Assembly (NCBI RefSeq): GCF_009914755.1
Contig: NC_060931.1
Source: the human T2T-CHM13v2.0 reference genome, Homo sapiens
Strand: one strand, 5' to 3'
Length of the DNA stretch: 64,000 bases
A program made the translations under genes and the position numbers. Numbering within the stretch: the first letter of the stretch is position 1; each line of letters starts with the position of its first letter. This document shows, one piece after another, positions 1-15,054 of the stretch. The notes beneath the pieces are model-generated. The model was not told the DNA's origin and made no database searches. It saw only the letters and a list, made by a program, of their open reading frames with translations.

Positions 1-1358
1 CTCAAGGTGTACCTGGCTGCTGCCCCAGAGTCGCTGCCAGGTACAGGGGCTCGGGCTCCAAGATGAGCAGCTAAGAAGGAGAGGCCTGCTCCATGGGCAA
101 GAAAGGGTTTTCTCCTCTTACTCCTGAGAGTAACCCAGGCCAACCCATGGGGAGGCAGATGGATGCCTGTCCCGGCACAGGCATCCTCAGAGTCTCTCTG
201 TCCCCAGGTTCTCCACTGCAGCCTGCTCCACAGCCACGCCCTCCCATCCATGGCTACACACTCACATTCTGGGCCTCTTCCCTGGACCAGATTGCACAGC
301 AGGGCCGCTCTCTCCAGTGCCTCCAGCTGGCCCCTGCTGACAAGTCCGTGTTGTGTCATGTTGGGAGTCTGGGCAAGGCACGAGGGCCCCTCTCTAGCAG
401 GTCCCGATGGCTCCTCCACACCTTCAGGAAAAGCAAGAGATAAACCATTGCATGCTGAGCTCTGCAGGGAACTGGAGGCGGACACCATCCATTCTGCAAA
501 CCTGCAATGGTGACACTTCTGGAATCTCCTTGCCTCTTCCAGGGCTGCAGCCTCTAAGGCAGGTAAGACCCAGGCCAGGTTGGCTCAGGGACCTCTGTGT
601 AGCATTGCTGACCTCATGTTATGGAAGCAGGAGGCCACTGTGAGATGCGGGGCTTAGCTGCCACCTTGGAGAAACAGCTCATTTGAGACAGCCAGGAGCA
701 ATTTAATCAGGCTAAGTTGGCCTGGCCCTGGGACCCCTGCCTTTTCCATGACAGCAGAGTCTGCTGAAAGCACATCAGAGCCCACACTTGCAAGTTCAAA
801 GATGTCTGTCCCCAAGGTCTCAACCAGGGATGGCATCTTCTTCTTGGGGCACTTAGCATTTTGAGACTCTGGGAGAGTCCCCTGTGGGAACTGGGTGTAC
901 TGACACTGTGGAACCAAGGAAGCACCACGGCTGCAGAGAGACCCTGGGCCAGACCATCCGAATGAAGCCCAGGCACAGCAGAGGGCTCTGAGGAGGCGCA
1001 GGATGCAGGAGATGAAAGGGGAAAATGAAGGGGAGCCGCAGGTTCAAACTGCCCCTTCCCAGGAGTGAGCTACAGCTTGGCCACTTCTGTCTCATAAGAA
1101 GGAGGTTGTGACTTTGGGAGGTGGAGGGGGATTACAGCTGGGATTCCTGTTGCCTGCCTCCTGCCTCTGGGGCTCTCAGCTTTCTCTTCTCCCCAGGACT
1201 CTTTTCTTCCTCTCCCCCCACCTCCCCCCCCACTCCCCTCCTCCCCCTAGGTCCTGGCTCTCCCTCCCCGACCCGGTCTTCTTGGTACCAGCTAAGCCCT
1301 GGAGGGGCCACAGCCTCCCCTCCAGCCCCCCTGCCATGGGATGGCTGCTGTCTCCTTT

Positions 1359-1430
1359 GGATCTTTTTGCGGTCTGGGCTTGCTGTTCCTCTCAACAGTA
1401 GTCAGGAAGCCCTTACCCCAAAAAGTATCT
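1359..1430 (+). ncRNA. MIR129-1: pre-miR-129-1 hairpin (miR-129-5p 1363-1383; miR-129-1-3p 1407-1428)
   Basis: GGATCTTTTTGCGGTCTGGGCTTGC...AAGCCCTTACCCCAAAAAGTATCT matches the known miR-129-5p (CUUUUUGCGGUCUGGGCUUGC) and miR-129-1-3p sequences. The arms are complementary, and the position about 33 kb upstream of LEP is as expected. Confidence 0.98.
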
Positions 1431-2376
1431 GCGGGAGGCCTTGTCCACAGGGGAGGCTGCCCCAAGGGCTCCAGGTGAGTCACAGCAAACCCAAGAACAG
1501 TGAATGGAACTGGGGTCTCCTGGCTCTCCTTTAGAGTTGCTGAGTGACTTTAAGTCCAGCACTGAGCCTCTCTGGGCCTCACTTATGCCACTCTTTTCAT
1601 CATTTACCAGTGGGCAATGTCAAGTGAGAGACTCCACAGATAAGAAAAATAAAGGAGTGGCTCAATTACATGCCAGGGAAAACCGCTTTGGTGGATGAAG
1701 GTCGCACAGCTCTCCCAGCATTCTGTCCTCTGTATACAGATGATCTCCTTCTGAAATCCTTTTGGGGATGACCCCCTTCCACACCATGGACACTTCTGGG
1801 TGGGTTGTCACTCAAGAGGTCCTGCCCTCTTCTGCCCACTGGGTGGACACAAGAATTGAAATCTGTAAAGGATACTGAGATTGGGAACAAAATAATTGAT
1901 GCTGATTGATCCCAGCAGTGTATGGCGAGAAGATGACAAGCTTCCACTGCCTGTATCACTGACTTGCCTAATGTCTGCCCTGCCCTGGCCTGGATCTTAA
2001 CCGCGCCGTTCATTCTGTGAACTACCCCCAAATCCTTCAAATAAAGTCCTTGATTGCTTGTTAGAGTCAATAATATTGCTTGCTGAGGATCCAGAGACCT
2101 CTAGAGAGAGGAGGTGGAATTGCACACCCTGGGAAAGAGGAAGGTGTGAGTTACCATCCCTGGGGGAGGCCCCACAGGTGTCAGCCCTCAGGGGGCAGGG
2201 GACTGACAGGGGACAGAGCTGACAGCAGGGGTCATATACAAGAGTTGGGTTGGGGGCCTAAGGAAACTTCCCCAAAGGTGAGAACCATGTTGGGATAAAG
2301 GACAGAGGAGGACCTATATGATATGGAGAGAAGTGAAATACAGCTAAGTGGGGTCCTCACCTCTAAAGAGGCCAGG

Positions 2377-2662
2377 GGCCGGGCACATCTGTAATCCCAG
2401 CACTTTGGGAAGCCGAGGTGGACAGATCACTTGAGGTCAGGAGTTCAAGACCAGCCTGGCCAACATGGTGAAACCCCGACTCTTACTAAAAATACAAAAA
2501 TTAGCTGGGCATGGTGGCGCAAGTCTGTAATTGCAGCTACTTGGGAGGCTGAGGCAGAGAATCGCTTGAACCAAGGAGACAGAGGTTGCAATGAGCCGAG
2601 ACTGCGCCACTGCACTCCAACCTGGGTGAGAGAGCAAGACTCCATCTAAATAAATAAATAAA
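2377..2662 (+). mobile_element. Alu (S-type)
   Basis: Alu dimer consensus with (TAAA)n tail. Confidence 0.9.
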
Positions 2663-5600
2663 TGGGGCAGAAAACAGGTTATGCCAATTACAGGTTGTTG
2701 TAGATTCCCAGTCCCTCCTCCTCATGCCGGATAGCTGGGGGATCGACACTGCAGCCGCGGTGAGGCCACGGCAGGTCAGGAATGACCACACGGACATCCA
2801 TCTTGTTGTCCACCACTGACAATGAGACGGATGACCAGGCTCCCGAGTGCCGAGTGCCGTAGTGCTCTGCGGCCAGGAAATGGCCAGGGGCCAGGGACCC
2901 TCCTTATCTGGAATCCTCCCACTCGGCCCTGGGGTGGCCACTTGTGCCGAGACAGCCCAAGGTTGGGGGCGTGGCATCAGGCCTCCCCAAGGCCTTTACT
3001 GCTGCAGAGCCACAGCCCTCAAGAAACAAGGCCCCTGGAAGATTCCTTCCCTAAGCAGAAGCTGCTGGAGGCCATTTTAAGGCAATATGTGAGCTGGCGT
3101 GTCGCCTGCAACTGAGTTCAGAGGTGCTAAAGGATCCTGAGTGGGGCTGGGGGTTTGCTGTGGAGGTTCAGGAAGAAAGGCTGGGTTTACGGGTCCAGGA
3201 ACAATTACTGCAGGTTTGTGAGGCCAACCGAGCCCCCACTAGGTGACAGCCAGACAGCAGTGGGAGAAGGGACGATGGCGACGAGCAAAACGGCACGGCT
3301 GAATAATACCTGTGACCACGGGAGCTCCTGCCCCTGATGCTATCCTGACCCTCCCCATCCCACCCAGCTGCAAAGCAGTTGTTGCTCTGCCACCTGCTGC
3401 CAGCATGCGGGTGGGAATGCGTGTGCAGCTCAAGGGTGGCATCGTGTGGTCATAGTGGGGTAGTGCACCTCACAGCTTCCAAAGAGCTTCATTCTGCGGA
3501 GTCACTCAAGGAATTTTGAGTCTATGTGCCAGACTCTGTTCTAGGACTGCAAGATCTTTCCTAACAGAATCAGAGTTTTTGTGAGGAGCAGTCTTGAGGG
3601 GTGCAGAGCCTGAGAGGGGAAGGGGAGAAGAGAAGGAGAGAAGGAGAGAAGGAGGGGAGGTGGGAGGGGGAGGGTTGCTAGAGCCCCTTGGTGAGCGTGT
3701 CTACAGCCAGGCTGCTCTAGGGCACCTTTCAAAGTGGCTTCTGGGTCCACATCTCAGGCATTTGACGACTTAACCCTTTGCATGAGCCTCGCAAATTGCA
3801 ACTCAAATCCCTGCCACCCTAGAGAACCTATTCCCTCCAGAGGGAGAGGGACTCGGGAGAGGCACTATTCCAAAAAGGCTCCTGTTCCCAATGTTAAAGG
3901 AAAGAACCCAGACTTCAGAATCAATCCGATCTGGATTCAAATCTCAGGTTGTCCCTGCGCCAGCTATGTGGCCTCAGGAAAGTCCTTAGCCCTCTCTGTG
4001 CCTCGGTGTCCTCATCTGTAAAACAGGGAAAATCATGCCCCTCTGACAGGGCGGTGGGTTCTAGTCAGTGAAATAATGTCAGGACAATGGATGGTCCCCA
4101 CCATAAAAAGCAAGGCCCCCGATTCTGTGTCCAGGGGTATCAGCTCTGGGGGGCATCTGCTTGGCTGCTCATGAGTGGCTGTCTTTCCACAGCTGTGTGG
4201 ATGTGTCTGGCATTTAGCAGTCGGTTGTCTGAAATCAGCCATGGAGTTTTGCCCCCTGCTTTATTGCTCCCAAGCAGGTTCCTCACCTGCCGAGCGCCTG
4301 CGGCTGTGTGCCAAAGGCTGAGTGCGCCACAGCGAGGAGCAGCTGCCAGACCTGGAGTGAGCAGAGGGAGAAACTGGACTTCAGAATAATCAGAGCTGGA
4401 TGCTAATCTCAGGTCCCACCTGCACTAGCTGTGTGGTCTCGGGAGAGTCTTACGGGTGGGAAGGACCAGGGCCTTGTGGGCTGAGAGGCTTGGGGAAGCC
4501 AGGGGGAGCCAGGTCCCCTCACTGCTCTCGAAGAACCGGCAGTGGTGTTGGAACTCCCAGAGCTGGAGAGGCTCAGGCCGGGAAGGGCTGTCCTGACCTG
4601 CGGGCCATCATGGCCTTTCGGGGAGGGAGGGAGGAGATGAAGAGGTGGCACAGAATTGACAAAGGAAAGGCAGGAATGAAAAGGAAGGTGGGGGAATGTG
4701 GAAGGCAAAATGAGAAGTCTCTCCGGGTGGCTGATGTCACCCTTTCTGATTGCTCGAGGTGCCAGCAGGGGCACCTTGGCAAGGTGTCCCCTCTCCCAGG
4801 AGGCTGAGACCAGGATCTGATCCAAGCTGGGCCACCTGGAGAGAGTGGCCTGAACTAGTCTCCATCATGCTCTGGGCCTGGGTTTCTGCATTTGTAAAAT
4901 GAGAGGAATGTGCTGGATCAGATACAATCTCCTCTCCCACCAGGCCCACCCCACACTCGGCAGGAAAGCAAGGACTGGGGCCCCAACAGCTGTCCTTGAG
5001 AGTGGGAGCCGCTGAGGGCACAGGAAGGAGTTTTGGGGGCGGCAGGCAGGGAAGCAAGCAGAATGGGAACGCCAGGCTCTCAGGGGAAGGAACCAGATAA
5101 ATCATCAGCAAGGAAAACCTATAGGTTTCCCCAAAGTACAATTTGAATAGAAATGTCAAATGCACCTGGAGTTATTACACCCTGTAATCCTAATGACATA
5201 TAATCCTATACACCAACAGGATAATATCACGAGTGTGTGTGGCAACACTGCCGCATGTTAATCCTGCCTGCCTCCTGGGATGATCTTTCTCATCCCAGCA
5301 GAGCCTACAGAGCCTCCTTTGTTCTTCCCAGAAGTGGCCTCATCGGGCTGGACCTGGGGGAGGTGACCAAGGAAGTGAAAATCAAAGAGCCCAAGGAATG
5401 AAGCTGGCATGGCGCTAGTCAGGGGATGGACAGGTGTGGTTTGGTGCTTTCATTTTTTGCCTAATCTGGATGCATCCTAAGTCCCCTGGAAGTTGCCAGC
5501 CCCACATCAGCATCTGTGTTGAGGACCCTCTTCTCTCCCCGCCTACCCCCGCCCCTAACCCTTTCCTTCTCTCTCATTCTTCCTTTCCTGTATCCTTCCC

Positions 5601-6051
5601 TTTCTTCCCCAGCATCTATGCTCTGTTCTGCCAGGAGCACTCTCGGAGATATGGTTCGTCCTCTTGAGAGGGAAAGCCTCCTGGGACTCGCGTGCACCCG
5701 TCCTGTCCAGCTGCGCTCCTTAGTTGCGGGCCCTGGAGCCAGGGAAGGTGGGAGTGGACTTTCGCCTGAGGCAGCAGCTGCGTGGTTAGTGGTCTGTGGC
5801 CAGGGGGGCATTTCAAGGTAGGGCACAGAACTTCCAGGCCAGTGCACCAGCCCAAAATAGAGCCCTGGTTGGCTTTATCTACCGTGTAGCCTGTGCTGGT
5901 CCCCATGACATAAGCTTCTTTTGCTGTGAGACAGGAAATCTCTTTCTAGGCTCCTGGGGAGATGAGATTTTTCAGGTCAAAGTCTCAGAGTCATTCACAC
6001 AATCCAGGAATCTCTTCCCAAACTCCATACTCCTATGCTCGGCCCTCCAAG

Positions 6052-6775
<724 letters not shown>

Positions 6776-7087
6776 TTCCCATGGGCCAGCTCTAGTGGTA
6801 TCATAAGAAAGAAAGGAATGTGGGGGTGCCCAAGGAGTAGGATTTCACAAGGAAACTTTGGAAAAGGTAAAGAAAGAAGAGAGAAAGTAAACTAGGCCCT
6901 GGGGCCTTCCTCCAGGCAAAGAGGCAACCAGGCACTTGGCAGGAAATACCCCTGGACGGAGATGAGACCTGCAGCCCCAGGGAATGGAAGGAGGAAAGAG
7001 AATCTGGTGAGTAGGTGGGATGCAGCCAACGTCAAATAGTCATTTTTCCACGTATCCAGATGAGGGAGATGGCGTCAATTACTCTAA

Positions 7088-7477
<390 letters not shown>

Positions 7478-7758
7478 ATGAGCATTTCACTGAAGATAGA
7501 AGGAAGAGAAATCCTACGAAGTGTTTTTCAGGGAAGGGATGAAAATGGAAAATCCTAGCAAATGCTCATTACTACTCATGTAAATGTGTGCAAAATGCCA
7601 CTGGAATTTTCTTTCCTTTTTTCCGTTGTGAAATATTTCAAACATATAGAAAAAGACAAGGAGTAATATAACAAAAGCCTTGTACCTACCACCAGAAATA
7701 GCAAGTGCTACCATTTTGCCACATTTATGTCAGATCATTTTTTAAAAGAAATGAGACA

Positions 7759-8045
7759 GCCCAGGCACAGTGGCTCATGCCTGTAATCCTAGCACCTTGG
7801 GAGGCCGAGGTGGGAGGATTGCTTGAGCCTAGGAGTTTAAGACCAACCTGGGCAGCATAGCAAGACCCCATCTCTACAAAAAACAAAAAATTAATGGGGT
7901 ATGGTTGTTCGTGCCTGTTTCAGCTACTCAGGAGGCTGAAGTGGAAGGACTGCTTGAGACTGGGAAGTTGAGGCTGCAGTGAGCCATGATCACGCTGCTA
8001 CACTCCAGCCTAGGCAACAAAGTGAGACCCTGTCAAAAAAAAAAA
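7759..8045 (+). mobile_element. AluJ
   Basis: Sense Alu consensus. Confidence 0.85.
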
Positions 8046-8252
8046 GGAAAAGAGGAAAGAAGAAATAGAGAAAGAGAGAAGAAAGGAGAAAGAAAGAAAG
8101 TAAGAAAGAAAGAAAAAAGGAAGAAAAAGAGGAAGAAAGGAAGAAAAAAAGAAAAAAGGAAGAAAAAGAAGAAGAAAGGAAGAAAAAAAGAAAGAAAGAA
8201 AGAAAAAAGAAAGAAGGAAGGAAGGAAGAGAGAGAGAGAAAGAAAGAAAAAA
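8040..8252. repeat. GA-rich low-complexity expansion of an Alu tail
   Basis: Near-pure purine AAAG/GGAA tract. Confidence 0.9.
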
Positions 8253-9759
8253 CCTTACAGACACAGTTGAAGTCTTTGTGCCCCTTTTCCTTCCTCCAAC
8301 TGTCCTGAAGTTGGTAGGTATTCTCACACTGGTGCTCATACTTTACCATATATGTATTACTCGTAAATTACACCTAGCATTGCTTTGAGTGCTTCTTAAT
8401 TTATGTAAGTGATGTCACACTAAACCCACCATTCTGGAACCTACTTTTTTTTCAGCTAAATTGTGTTTCCAAGATCGGTCCATGTTGATGCATGATACAT
8501 TCATTTTTACTGCTGAATAACATGAAACTGTACAAAGATACCACAATCCATCCACTCACCTACTAATAGACATTTGTTTCCAGTTTTTCACCATCACAAA
8601 TGATTCTGCAGTGGACATCCTTGAACATGCTTCTGTAGAGTAGACCCCTACAAGTGGTGTTGCTGGGCCGCAGGGAAGATGCGTTCCAGTTATTAGACAT
8701 GCTGTCAATTTACTCGCTAGCTTGGCTGAGCCAGTTCACGCTTGTGCCAGCAGCAGACAAAACAACTGAAAATGTTATTTATTCAGTGTGCTCTTGGATT
8801 GGGCTCTCTTCTGAATGCAAAACCAATTATAAGGATTTTCTCTAGTTCGTTCCCGACCTTTGTTCTCCAATTCTACTTTCCCTTAAAGTCTTAAATTCTT
8901 TAGCCATAAATTCTTCTACAACTAGGGTTTTCCAGAATCTGACCTAGTGGCCAAGAAGAAATGACTGGTATGTGTGTTACAGGATGGAGTCGGGTATGTG
9001 TGTGTATGTGTGTGTGTGTCTGTGTTTGTAGCTTTGTACCAAAGCCAACAAGAAAGAACTGGAAGGACAAGACTTTCCATAGCATCTTTTAAATGATGCA
9101 TCAAACCCAGGAAAGAGGGGTAACCAGTGTGACCCAGAATCCACTCTCAAGCTATAGGTCCTTTCCTCCCCCTCTTATTTGTTGGGGGTCAAGGGGGAGT
9201 TGTCCCAGGACATTACTCTGTGGCTCCATCTTCCCTGCTCCCCAAACCCACCAGACTCCAGACACTTCTCTAAGCTGTGTAAACCTAGGGGTGAGGGAAA
9301 GAGGTACTCTGTGCAGAGGAGGGGCAGCCCCATGTGTTCATCTGGGGTAAAGGGCTGACTTTTGGCCCCAGGCCTAAGAGCTCTCTGTCCATGCCAAAGA
9401 TTCCTCCTGCATCTGGGCCTGTGGGGTTGGGAGAGCTGCCAAAATCCTAGACTGGGCAGTGACAGTGGAGAGCCTATATCTTGGCCACTGAGCCGATTCC
9501 TCAGCCCCAGGACCATACAGAAGTTGTCTGGAATTCCTTCCCTCACAGGCCCTGAAGCAGGAGCCTCCAAGGCCTCTGAAGTTGACTTGAGAAAAGGGGA
9601 TGGGGGGATAAGGAGGGGGATAGGGATTCAAGGGACCACCACAAAGTTGCCTAGCTCAAACCAAAGACATTTCAAGAGGCAGGAACCTGAAGTGAATGAA
9701 AAAGCACAATTCACAGTTAAGCGAGAGTAGGGAGGGCCCTGACCCAAAGACTATTTTTG

Positions 9760-10060
<301 letters not shown>

Positions 10061-10191
10061 ACTCCTTTCTTTCTTTCCAACAGAAAGACTATTTTTGGAT
10101 GGGATTTCTCCCCCAGCAAACACTTGAAGTGTGACCTACAGGAGTTGTTTGTTTGGAGGGGGGCATTTGTCCTTTATCAAAAAGATGAAAC

Positions 10192-10840
<649 letters not shown>

Positions 10841-11924
10841 GGGTGTTTCTCAAATTCTTGTCTACTTTTAGAAAAAGTACGCAATGACATTCAGTGGGCA
10901 TCTTGATTCTGAAATAGCTAAAGAAAATGTTAAAAATGCAGTGGGTGAAGATGTGCCCACATTAACCTCTTTTCTAAAACAACAGTTGACAATTGTGCTA
11001 CATGTCCTTAAGCAAATCTTTTAGCCTGCCTGTTCCTTAGTTTCCTCATCTGTGACATGAGGGGAATGTATGAAAAATATCTCTGGAGATTCCTTCCAGT
11101 CTAACATTCTGTGGTTTGATGATTGATACTATGCTCACATTCTTAATACTCAGGCTGTGTCTACACAGTGCCAAGACAACTAGCTAATTCAGTGAGTATG
11201 GACAAAATGTTCTTCCAATCAATTCTTTGGCACGCTGTAGACAAATTGGCACTTCTTTTCATTTTACAACTGGTTGCTCCGGCTTCTTCTTGACCAGTGC
11301 TTCTTCAATGGTGGTATCCTGACATGCTGTATGCCTGGAGCACTTAGGAGGTGTGTCCTAGGCAGTTGGCTATGGATAATGAACTGTTGAGGTTCTCAAA
11401 TCGTTGATGACTTTTTTTTAATCAATTAGAACAGATTCAATATGGTCCTATAGTAATGCCCCTGCTGCTTAGTTGCAATCCGATATGCCTCCCTGAAAGG
11501 AAGAAGTGGTGGAGTTACAGCTGCCGGACAGAGACTGCCTGTAGCCCTGACCCTGTTGGATGCCCATGGGAGGGTGTCATGTGTTGTGCATGTGAATGTC
11601 ATTTATCATCTGCAACACAGCACTTGAGAATGACTGATGGAAACCCCTGAGACATGGTCGGACATCAAGGCACTGGAGACTCAGGCCCTGGAGAAATCTG
11701 AGCCAGCATCCTATGACGCAGGTGCAAACCAGGAAGAGTACAGAATGGAGGGCCTGTTCATTATGCCTGTCTCTTGGTCCAAAATGAATGATTTCACCAT
11801 AATCTGTTCATAGCTGGGGAAGGAAAGGGGGCGTGAAATAGCGTTTATTAATCATGTAGGGGCCAAGCCCAGTGCCAGACACTCGTGGCAGGTTTTAGTG
11901 TTGCTCACCATGTACTTTTTATTC

Positions 11925-12285
11925 TCAGCTGTCCAGGGGGATTACACTTCCTCCCTCTTGTGGTTTGGAAGAGTAATGTAAAATTCTGGCCAATGGGTTG
12001 TGGGTAGAAGTGACATGTACCAACTGAATGCCAGGGCATTTCGCTGATAGTTTTAGACCCTCCAGAGCTCCCTCTCCCTCTAGCATGGGAACTGGCAACA
12101 GTCTGGTGGCTCTTCCATCACCAGCTGGAATCCTGGAATACTAGGAAACCGAGCTCCGAGAAGAGACATGAGGCGTGTGTATCATGCATTGCACGTGAGG
12201 ATGGAGTAAAACTTTGTTGTTGTAAGCCACCAAGATTTTCAGGCTGCCTATAACTGCAGCACAACCTAATTTTGTGCTGTCTGAT
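11925..12285 (+). mobile_element. MLT1-type MaLR LTR (old)
   Basis: AGAAGTGACATGT and AAACTTTGTTGTTGTAAGCCAC motifs typical of MLT1. Confidence 0.55.
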
Positions 12286-12333
12286 GCCATGTTTTATATA
12301 ACATGGTAGTGTAGTAGAAAAATGTGAGCCTTA

Positions 12334-12490
<157 letters not shown>

Positions 12491-13008
12491 TTAAAAAATA
12501 GAGATTAAAAGACATGAGCTAAAACCTAAACACTCACTGACTGTGAGCAAATCTGTTAGCTTCTTTGAGTCTCAGTTTCTTCATCTATAAAATGGCACGA
12601 TGTTTTTATTAGGTTCGGAAATAATATTTAAAAATATCTAGCACAGGATTTGGCACATAGTAGATGCTCAGTTACAATGATTATAATTTCATGTATTCCT
12701 CAAAATAATACTATGAGTAAAGAGAGGGTATGGGTGTAAGAGAAAGGATAGTCATTACTGATGTTTCAAATGCCGTCATACACTATGGAGAACACTGACC
12801 AGGGACCCCAAGGGTAGGGGAAGGTTTGAAGTCATCTGTCTCCACCCTCCCCTGAACTCAGAGAAGTCCTAGAAGGGAGAGAAGGCCTGAAGACACCATT
12901 TACAATTTAGCCTTTCCACTGCCAGAGGAAAAGCAGATTCTACTTATGGTAGTGACTATTGACACCTTCAGCATATAAAATAAGAATATAGCAGTGGAGT
13001 GAGTTAGT

Positions 13009-13253
13009 GTCCCTGTTAGTTTCACTGAAGCTTGTTATCCTAGCAAAGCGCCAGCCAAGGTCTTTCCCAAAGGCGCAATGAACTAAACTCTTCTCTGAAA
13101 TCAGCTTATTAGTATTATCATGACCACTTCAGCTAGCTCACCCAGGACCTGGGAATGAGCTGGAGAGTGAACTACAGAGGAAGGGAGAGAAAGAGAATAT
13201 CCTCAAGGCAGCAGGGGATTGAGGGGTCCTTTGTCTCCTCCTGCTTCCCAGCA
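13009..13253 (+). repeat. 245-bp direct repeat, copy 1
   Basis: GTCCCTGTTAGTTTCACTG...CTGCTTCCCAGCA, with about 6 mismatches to 13944-14188. Confidence 0.95.
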
Positions 13254-13943
13254 AGTCTTGCCTGATGGAGGAACAAGAGCAGTCAGAGGACGGGGTGGGG
13301 AAATTCCAATTCTGTGTGTCCTTCCTTCACCATGCCAGCTGCTCTGGAAACCTCCAGTTCCAGGTCAGATGCCTGCTGCAGTTCCCACTTATATTTAATT
13401 TGGTAGAGTATATCTCCTCCAATCCCAGTTTTCTCCAAGGTCTGCTCCCAGATCATCGTTTGCCTCTTAAATACCACATCCTAGCCATGAACTTGGAATT
13501 CTGAACATTCAATGGCCTGCCCCCTTGGAACGCCTCAATTCTGCCTCTGGGATGAAAGTTCCTTGCACGTTTTCACACACATGGAGTGCAGAGAGTCACT
13601 GAGGACCCAAGGAGAACTTGAACATCACCTTGACCACCTGTCATCAGCAGGAAGTCAGGCTGGAAGCACTTGTTGAAGCCCCCACAACCTTTGGTGAATG
13701 AAAAATAGAGATGTTCCATTCCAGACAAAGCACTGCATGCTTGGGCAGCTGTTCCACCTGCCACCAATCCAACCCGGATTTGCTCTTCACTGACTTTTCA
13801 CTTTTCCACGCAGACCAAGACCCCATGAAAATGCCCATGGCCAGTGGGGTGACTGATTTCCAGCAAATGTGTGGTCCTTCTAAATTGGGGAGGTTTACCA
13901 GAAGCATGTATTAGATGAACATGGATTTGTGACCTGTGCTCAG

Positions 13944-14188
13944 GTCCCTGTTAGTTTCACTGAAGCTTGTTATCCTAGGAAAGCACCAGCCGAGGTCTTT
14001 CCCAAAGGTGCAATGAACTAAACTCTTCTCTGAAATCAGCTTATTAGTATTATCATGACCACTTCAGCTAGCTCACCCGGGACCTGGGAATGAGCTGGAG
14101 AGTGAACTACAGAGGAAGGGAGAGAAAGAGAATATCCTCGAGGCAGCAGGGGATTGAGGGGTCCTTTGTCTCCTCCTGCTTCCCAGCA
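13944..14188 (+). repeat. 245-bp direct repeat, copy 2 (inferred inserted copy)
   Basis: Same sequence as 13009-13253, flanked by the 12-bp direct repeat CCTGTGCTCAGG. Confidence 0.95.
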
Positions 14189-15054
14189 CAGCTTTAAACC
14201 CTGTGCTCAGGGTTTAAAGCATGGCGAGAATGGAAACCGGATGGTGAGATTGAGTCCTGGTGGGGCTAGTTGACTTCATTTTGATCAAGATCACAGATTT
14301 TACCCCTGACCCAGATTAAAATCTATAAAATGGGCTTTTGTGACCATGAGAGACACAAGCAGTGACGTGCAGGAGCAGACTTATAGTGGCTTGTGAGAGC
14401 CAGGTGTAAAATATTCTGGAGCTTTGTAAGCCAATTTTTAAAATCATTAGTAGCTTGAAATCTATCGTGGTGCAAGTATTTATACCATGGAAATTGGTAA
14501 ACCCCTACAAATCGGGGTTTCTCTTCCTCCTTCCCTCCTCCTCCTTCTTTGTGAGAGCTAGTTTACCAAGGCATGTGTGTCTTCTCGCAAAACCATTCTT
14601 TCATTGGAAAAACTATTCCAGATATGGGATCAGGGGAACAGTTTTGTATATGGGAAGAACATAGCTCTCTGGAATCACAGACAGCTTTGAGGACTCAAAA
14701 AAAAAAATCAACAACCAACTTTTAACATTGATAGAAACTTTGATTAGATAGGGAGTTGTGGCTTCAGTGACTGTGCTGAGATTTTAAATTTAAAAGATCT
14801 TGCTGAAGTGAAAATTACATGTAAATGTTGGGTTGTATAGCACTGTAGGAGTCTGTAAAAAGAGCTGTAGTAATGTTCTGTAAAAAGTCTTTATTGAATT
14901 CTCAGTAGAGCAGTGGTCTGTCGTTGATGTGGCTTCCAGGGAGGGAGCATCTGGCCCCCAATCCTTGCAGAGAGGGGCTGACACCCGGATTGCTGCTGAC
15001 TGTGCCCACTGCTGTGGGGGCTGCTGCAGGAGGGAAAAAGAGCTTTGAATAATC

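Noticed and set aside
917-937. REST/NRSE-like AGCACCACGG upstream of MIR129-1
   Set aside because: Only the 10-bp core matches; both the TTC left flank and the ACAG right half are missing.
3387-3401. CTCF-like motifs here (minus strand) and at 50214-50227 (plus strand)
   Set aside because: Imperfect matches in divergent orientation, so they do not support a loop around LEP without ChIP data.
7986-8349. Lys/Arg-rich and Phe/Ser-rich ORFs
   Set aside because: Derived from the GA-rich Alu tail expansion.
13283-13907. Minus-strand ORFs between the duplicated segments
   Set aside because: Short, in different frames and with no identifiable homology.
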